Shown in pieces: positions 59,438 to 64,000 of a stretch of DNA of 64,000 nt. The notes beneath the pieces were generated by a model, which did no database searches, was not told where the DNA came from, and worked only from the letters and a program-made list of their open reading frames with translations. A program made the translations under genes and the position numbers. Numbering within the stretch: position 1 is the stretch's first letter; every line of letters starts with the position of its first letter. The stretch lies in sequence record SRR31156797_636; one strand, written 5' to 3'.

Positions 59438-60872
59438 CTTTAATCTCAATGTACTGTTCCAACAACCTACCCGTCAGGGCATAAGTCTCCAATTTACGTA
59501 CTATATAACTTTGTTGTTTGGACAACAAAGTTATTTCCTTGAGTACAACGGCAACTTTTGCCGACACGAAATCCCTGAATGTCGCTTCTCCAGCGTCAAA
59601 CAAAATCTCCTTCTTTCTCAGCATCATCTCCTGCAACTCCAGATCGACCTTAGCAAGTTCAAGCTCGCGTTGCATGCTGCGCAATTCCGTCAACCCTTTG
59701 TACCAGTTATCTTCTTTGGTCAAGTTTGAGAGCTGACGCCTAAATCCTTCATTCTTTTTGACAAGTTCGGCCCTATCGGTATTTCGGCCAAGTTCGCCCC
59801 AATGCAAAACCGGAACTGTAATGCCAAGGGTCAAATAAAAATCTTCCTTGCCGTCTGTCGATGAGCTGATCGGATCAGGAGTTCTTACGGAAACGGAAAA
59901 CTTAGGCACATAATTAGCCCAAGCTGCATAAACACCATAATTCGATAATTCTTTACGGATGACGTTCATTTTCGAAAAAAGTGCGCTGCTCTTCATCTCC
60001 TGATAAGTAATCTTGTGTGGAGCATACACCGCATCAACCACGCTGGCAAAGTCGCTTTTTTTCAGAACTATTTTTTGTTCGACCGGAATACCGATCATCC
60101 GCTTGACCCGCATCTCCATATCGGAACGCTGCTCAATGAAAGTCCGCCTGTTGCAGGCAACTTTTTGCAGTTCCTGTTCAGCCAAACGGACTTCGAGTGG
60201 CACCACTGGAGCGTTGGGGTACATTTTCTGGATATATGAGAGAGTTTCATTTCCGAATGCCTCAAGTTTCCGCTGCTCATCCATTATTTTATCAAAAAAC
60301 TCAGCATGAATATAAACCTTGATGACATTGGCAATTAGCTCGTTGGCAGCCTGAAGTTTTTGATATTTTGCAAGCTTGGTCACGAGCAAACTGGCATCAT
60401 GACTCAAATAAGACCCAATGGGGTCCCATGTGCCACTACTAAAGCTCACCGACAACTTGTTACGCGACTTGTCGTCCTTCGTTGTCAGATTCACGTTGTT
60501 GCTGACGTAAAGATTCAGCTTGGGAAACATCCTCCACCACTTATTTTCTTCATCAATCTTCTTGATGTCGATTTCGACCTCGGCCATCTTCATGTACGGA
60601 GATTTTTCCAGAGTCAGCTGGATGCATTCTTCAAGAGTCAGGGGATCTGTCACAAAAGATTCGGTCGAAGTAGGAGTAGCACCATTCCCGGTAGAAAGTG
60701 TCGCACTAGCGGTTTCCCAATCCACAGGGGACGGAGTTTCACTCGTGGCCCCACAGCCAAAAGCAACGAGCATCATAAGCAGCATGCACCCCAAAGTCAG
60801 CTTGCAGCCGACCAAGGACGCGAAACGCTTTTTTTTGATATTATATTTTTCTACCCTGCTTTTCATAAGCAT
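59418..60872 (-). CDS. TolC-family outer membrane efflux protein, probable lipoprotein
   Basis: Lipobox-like LVAFGC, LTLEECIQLTLEKSP, two helical repeats with PKL/PKF, FDAGEATFRD; between ABC ATPase and adaptor. Confidence 0.82.
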   Translation of the reverse strand: MLMKSRVEKYNIKKKRFASLVGCKLTLGCMLLMMLVAFGCGATSETPSPVDWETASATLSTGNGATPTSTESFVTDPLTLEECIQLTLEKSPYMKMAEVEIDIKKIDEENKWWRMFPKLNLYVSNNVNLTTKDDKSRNKLSVSFSSGTWDPIGSYLSHDASLLVTKLAKYQKLQAANELIANVIKVYIHAEFFDKIMDEQRKLEAFGNETLSYIQKMYPNAPVVPLEVRLAEQELQKVACNRRTFIEQRSDMEMRVKRMIGIPVEQKIVLKKSDFASVVDAVYAPHKITYQEMKSSALFSKMNVIRKELSNYGVYAAWANYVPKFSVSVRTPDPISSSTDGKEDFYLTLGITVPVLHWGELGRNTDRAELVKKNEGFRRQLSNLTKEDNWYKGLTELRSMQRELELAKVDLELQEMMLRKKEILFDAGEATFRDFVSAKVAVVLKEITLLSKQQSYIVRKLETYALTGRLLEQYIEIKDDDLEN

Positions 60873-61081
60873 TAAGAGTCCGATCAGATGAGTCCTTCAA
60901 TTTCGTTGCTGTAGTTCGACTCATGTATAACCATGTCGAGTAGCCCCCTTTGTTTAACGACAAAAATCTTTTATGTACACATATTTCACTAGGCAAAAGG
61001 AGCAACTCCCGACAAGATTGCACTTTCTATTCCATGGCAAAAGCATGTGCAGAAAAAAGCTCCGATTTTTTGGCAACGATT

Positions 61082-61765
61082 TTACTGTTCCTTCAGTATT
61101 CCATCTTCAAGGAGAAATCTTCGGGTACAACGCTTGGCAACTTCCGTATCATGAGTAACCAAAACCATGGCCTTCCCTTTGATAGAAACAATTTTCTCAA
61201 AATATTTCATTATCTTCTCACCCGTCTTCCGATCAAGCTGTCCTGTAGGCTCGTCCCCCAACAAAACTTGAGGACGATTCACTAGGGCACGGGCAATGGC
61301 GACACGCTGCTGTTCACCGCCGGACAGGCGGTTCGTAGCGTGATGAATCCTGTGAGACAGATTTACCTCCTTCAGTGATTCTTCAATGATTCCAGCACGT
61401 TTAGCTCTCGATATCTTTCCGTAAATAAGCGGATACTCGAGATTTTCATAGACCGTAGAATTTTCAAACAGGTTGCACGACTGAAGCACAAAACCAAGAT
61501 TATCCCGTCTGAATCCGGCCCTCTCCTTAACATTCAGACCGAGCACATCACGACCAAGTATCTTGTAGCTGCCAGAGGTAGCTGGCTGCAACATCCCCAT
61601 AATATACAACAAGGTGGATTTTCCACAACCTGAAGGCCCCATGATGGAAACCATCTCGCCAGGATAAATATTGACATCCACACCGGTCAACACAGGCACC
61701 TTGCCCGCCGGAGTGACGTACTCCTTCCGAAGATTCTTAACTGAAATGATAGGATCAGGTTTCAT
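61082..61765 (-). CDS. ABC transporter ATP-binding protein (MacB/LolD/DevA-like)
   Basis: GPSGCGKSTLL, LSGGEQQRVAIARAL, LLGDEPTG.LD, VTHD. Confidence 0.96.
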   Translation of the reverse strand: MKPDPIISVKNLRKEYVTPAGKVPVLTGVDVNIYPGEMVSIMGPSGCGKSTLLYIMGMLQPATSGSYKILGRDVLGLNVKERAGFRRDNLGFVLQSCNLFENSTVYENLEYPLIYGKISRAKRAGIIEESLKEVNLSHRIHHATNRLSGGEQQRVAIARALVNRPQVLLGDEPTGQLDRKTGEKIMKYFEKIVSIKGKAMVLVTHDTEVAKRCTRRFLLEDGILKEQ

Positions 61766-61769
61766 ATCG

Positions 61770-62960
61770 CTACTCGAACCGTATTGCGGTCACGGCATCC
61801 AATCTCGATGCCCTCAATGCCGGATAATATCCTGTAACAAGTCCAAGCATTCCGGAAAAGACAATACTCATACCGGCATAGGTAATGAACACATCTCGCG
61901 ACGGGCTGCTCCCGAGGAAATGACTGGCGAACTCAACAACCACATATCCCAATAGCACCCCGAATATGGCAGCACTTATACTCAGACAAAAAGCCTCACA
62001 AAGAAACTGACTCTTGATGTCCCGCCCCTCGGCTCCCATCGCTTTTTTCAGTCCGATCTCACGAGTCCTGGCAATGACGGAACTCATCATACCATTCCAG
62101 ATACCAAAACCGCCAAGCGTCAGAGTTGCGCCGATAGACAAAAAAATGAACAGCTCCACCCACCACACGATGAGCACCAACCGATGCAACTGCTCCCAAG
62201 AGACATGACTGACCAGATAATCTGCGGACTGGTGAGCCTTGACCGTGGCCACCAACGCGTCGGCCACAGGTTTAACATCGTCCCATGTCTTGCAACGCAG
62301 GTATATCCTGTCCGAACGGTATTCCTTGCCGCTCCGGTCAATGGCCGCCGTCAACGGAACAAAGGCATAGGAATTGCGCTGTCCGATCTGAAGCCCCCCG
62401 ACAACGCCAAGAACCTTATAAAGGTCCTTACCGATACGGATGTAGTTGCCCAAGGCGCTTTCTTGACCAAACAACGACTCTGCGAGCTCTTCACCAATCA
62501 CGCAAACCAGTGACCGTTCATCGACAAAGGATTTGCCAAACAGGAATCCGGCAACCGGCTCCAGGCTGTTGGCGGACCAGTAATCGGCATCAACTCCCTG
62601 GACCGGAACGATATTTTTTTCCCCGTTAACAAGCATCGGAACCCAGTTGATGGTCTCGGTTGCGGCGCTAACAACATCAACGCCCGGCAATGCCCGCAAG
62701 GCATCCTGAGTTTCGTCGGTAAAGAATTTGTCCCTGGCTCCGGGGTGCTTTTCCTCTTCAAATCCCAACTTGATAAGGGTCGCACCTCCAAGAAGATCAA
62801 GGTCATGGTTGAGCTTCTTCTTGACCTCATCACCCATGGCCATCACTGCAAGCAAACTCGCCGTCCCCAAGGCAATAGCCAACATCACGCCGAAACTGCG
62901 GCGGCGCTGTCGGAACACCTGACGAACGCTGATGTGTATTAGATCTCGTGCTGTGATCAT
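61770..62960 (-). CDS. ABC transporter permease (MacB/FtsX family)
   Basis: RRSFGVMLAIALG, large periplasmic domain, RTREIGLKKAMGA, QFLCEA, YYPALRASRLD..AIRFE. Start placed at MITARD. Confidence 0.92.
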   Translation of the reverse strand: MITARDLIHISVRQVFRQRRRSFGVMLAIALGTASLLAVMAMGDEVKKKLNHDLDLLGGATLIKLGFEEEKHPGARDKFFTDETQDALRALPGVDVVSAATETINWVPMLVNGEKNIVPVQGVDADYWSANSLEPVAGFLFGKSFVDERSLVCVIGEELAESLFGQESALGNYIRIGKDLYKVLGVVGGLQIGQRNSYAFVPLTAAIDRSGKEYRSDRIYLRCKTWDDVKPVADALVATVKAHQSADYLVSHVSWEQLHRLVLIVWWVELFIFLSIGATLTLGGFGIWNGMMSSVIARTREIGLKKAMGAEGRDIKSQFLCEAFCLSISAAIFGVLLGYVVVEFASHFLGSSPSRDVFITYAGMSIVFSGMLGLVTGYYPALRASRLDAVTAIRFE

Positions 62961-63022
62961 ATTCTGAAGACATCCCCGTTCAAGGGGATCTAAAGGCATC
63001 CTTGAGGTATGCCATCACCATT

Positions 63023-64000
63023 CTAATTGACGATGCCAACGCCAAGAGCGGAAGCAACTTTTTTAAAGCAATTCAAAACCTGTTCAATATGCTTGTCTTC
63101 GTGCGTACTCATGAACGCCACCCGAATGATGGCCTCTCCCTTCGGAACCGCAGGGTAGACCGCAGGCAGAGCAAAAACGCCTACATTCAACAATTCCAAA
63201 GAAAACTTGAAGGCTTTGACTTCGTCTCCGATCAAAACGCCGATGACAGGGCTGGCTCCTTCAACCATCTCTAGCCCAATGTCCTTGAATCCCTGACGGG
63301 CTTTTCTGGTGTTCTCCCACAACTTCTGAACCAGCTCAGGCTCTTCCCGAATGATCTTGCAGGATTCAAGCGCGGCTGCAGCGCTGGCCGCTGGCAATGC
63401 TGCGGAAAAAATCAAAGTCCGACTTTTATGCTTCACATAGTCCAGAAAATCGAGATCATCCGTCACGATGAACCCCCCGATGGAAGCAAGGGCTTTACTG
63501 AAAGTCCCCATGATGACATCGACATCCTTTGTGACACCGAAATGGTGGGCAGTTCCCCTGCCACCTCCCATCACGCCTAAGCCATGAGCGTCATCAAGGT
63601 AGACGACCAGATTCGGGTCCTCCTCCTTGAGGGAGATCAAGCCGGGCAAGTCCGCAACGGAACCGGACATGCTAAACACGCCTTCCGAAACAGCAACCCG
63701 CTGTGCTTCAGGATGTCTGTCCATGGATTTTTTCAGAATCTTGCGTGCATCATCCATGTTGTTATGGGCAAAGCTACGCATCTTGGCTCTGGAGTTAAGA
63801 CCACCCTCAAGAATACTCGCATGACTGTCGCGGTCGCACAGCAAGAGATCACCAGGGTCGACAAGGCAGGTGAATATTCCAGCATTCGCCAAAAAACCCG
63901 TAGTATGAACGACAGCCCCTTTCTTCCCAAGCAGATCGGCCACGGCCTCTTCAAGTTCGGTAATCACGGATATGTTCCCACACAGGAACCGGGAGCCGCC
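63023..64000 (-). CDS. spt: PLP-dependent alpha-oxoamine synthase, serine palmitoyltransferase-like (5'-truncated)
   Basis: Frame open to the window edge: GGSRFLCGN, TTGFLAN, DRDSHASI, FAHN, EGVFSM, DDAHGLG, GTFSKALASIGG, IFSAALP, PAVP, IRV. AOS family is clear; SPT specificity is inferred from GTFSK and the context. Confidence 0.75.
   Translation of the reverse strand, partial: GGSRFLCGNISVITELEEAVADLLGKKGAVVHTTGFLANAGIFTCLVDPGDLLLCDRDSHASILEGGLNSRAKMRSFAHNNMDDARKILKKSMDRHPEAQRVAVSEGVFSMSGSVADLPGLISLKEEDPNLVVYLDDAHGLGVMGGGRGTAHHFGVTKDVDVIMGTFSKALASIGGFIVTDDLDFLDYVKHKSRTLIFSAALPAASAAAALESCKIIREEPELVQKLWENTRKARQGFKDIGLEMVEGASPVIGVLIGDEVKAFKFSLELLNVGVFALPAVYPAVPKGEAIIRVAFMSTHEDKHIEQVLNCFKKVASALGVGIVN

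Noticed and set aside
63023-64000. BioF or Kbl assignment for the AOS gene
   Set aside because: No bio or tdh genes are adjacent within the window, and GTFSK..SIGG plus bCerS/CerR/GT21-like genes favour SPT. Not fully excluded without a phylogeny.
1-64000. Mobile elements, prophage, CRISPR, tRNA/rRNA, defence systems
   Set aside because: No transposase, integrase or cas ORFs, no spaced repeat arrays and no RNA-gene signatures seen by eye.

Overview
A gene-dense bacterial cell-envelope locus of about 50 CDSs. I found no rRNA, tRNA, CRISPR array, transposase or transcription regulator. The host is a diderm bacterium (TolC-family channel present); a Desulfovibrionaceae-like deltaproteobacterium is my impression only. 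The left end holds the 3' part of a PfaA/HglE-like iterative type I PKS (tandem ACPs, KR, DH, no release domain), followed by a phosphopantetheinyl transferase, a GNAT protein resembling bacterial ceramide synthase (bCerS) and an SDR compatible with ceramide reductase (CerR). These converge on an operon with a ceramide-glucosyltransferase-like GT. The right end holds a serine palmitoyltransferase-like alpha-oxoamine synthase directly upstream of a MacB-type ABC permease, ATPase, TolC-family channel and periplasmic adaptor. Between them lie about 50 kb of glycan genes: WecB/WecC, UDP-sulfoquinovose synthase (SqdB), a glucuronyl C5-epimerase-like protein, three amidotransferases, three methyltransferases, four Wzx-type flippases, two priming transferases, three Wzy/WaaL-like proteins, Wzz, four GT-C-like membrane proteins and two GT2/DUF2304 modules. 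Main hypothesis (inference): a PKS-fed glycosphingolipid synthesis, decoration and export system. All family calls come from motif recognition, not database searches.
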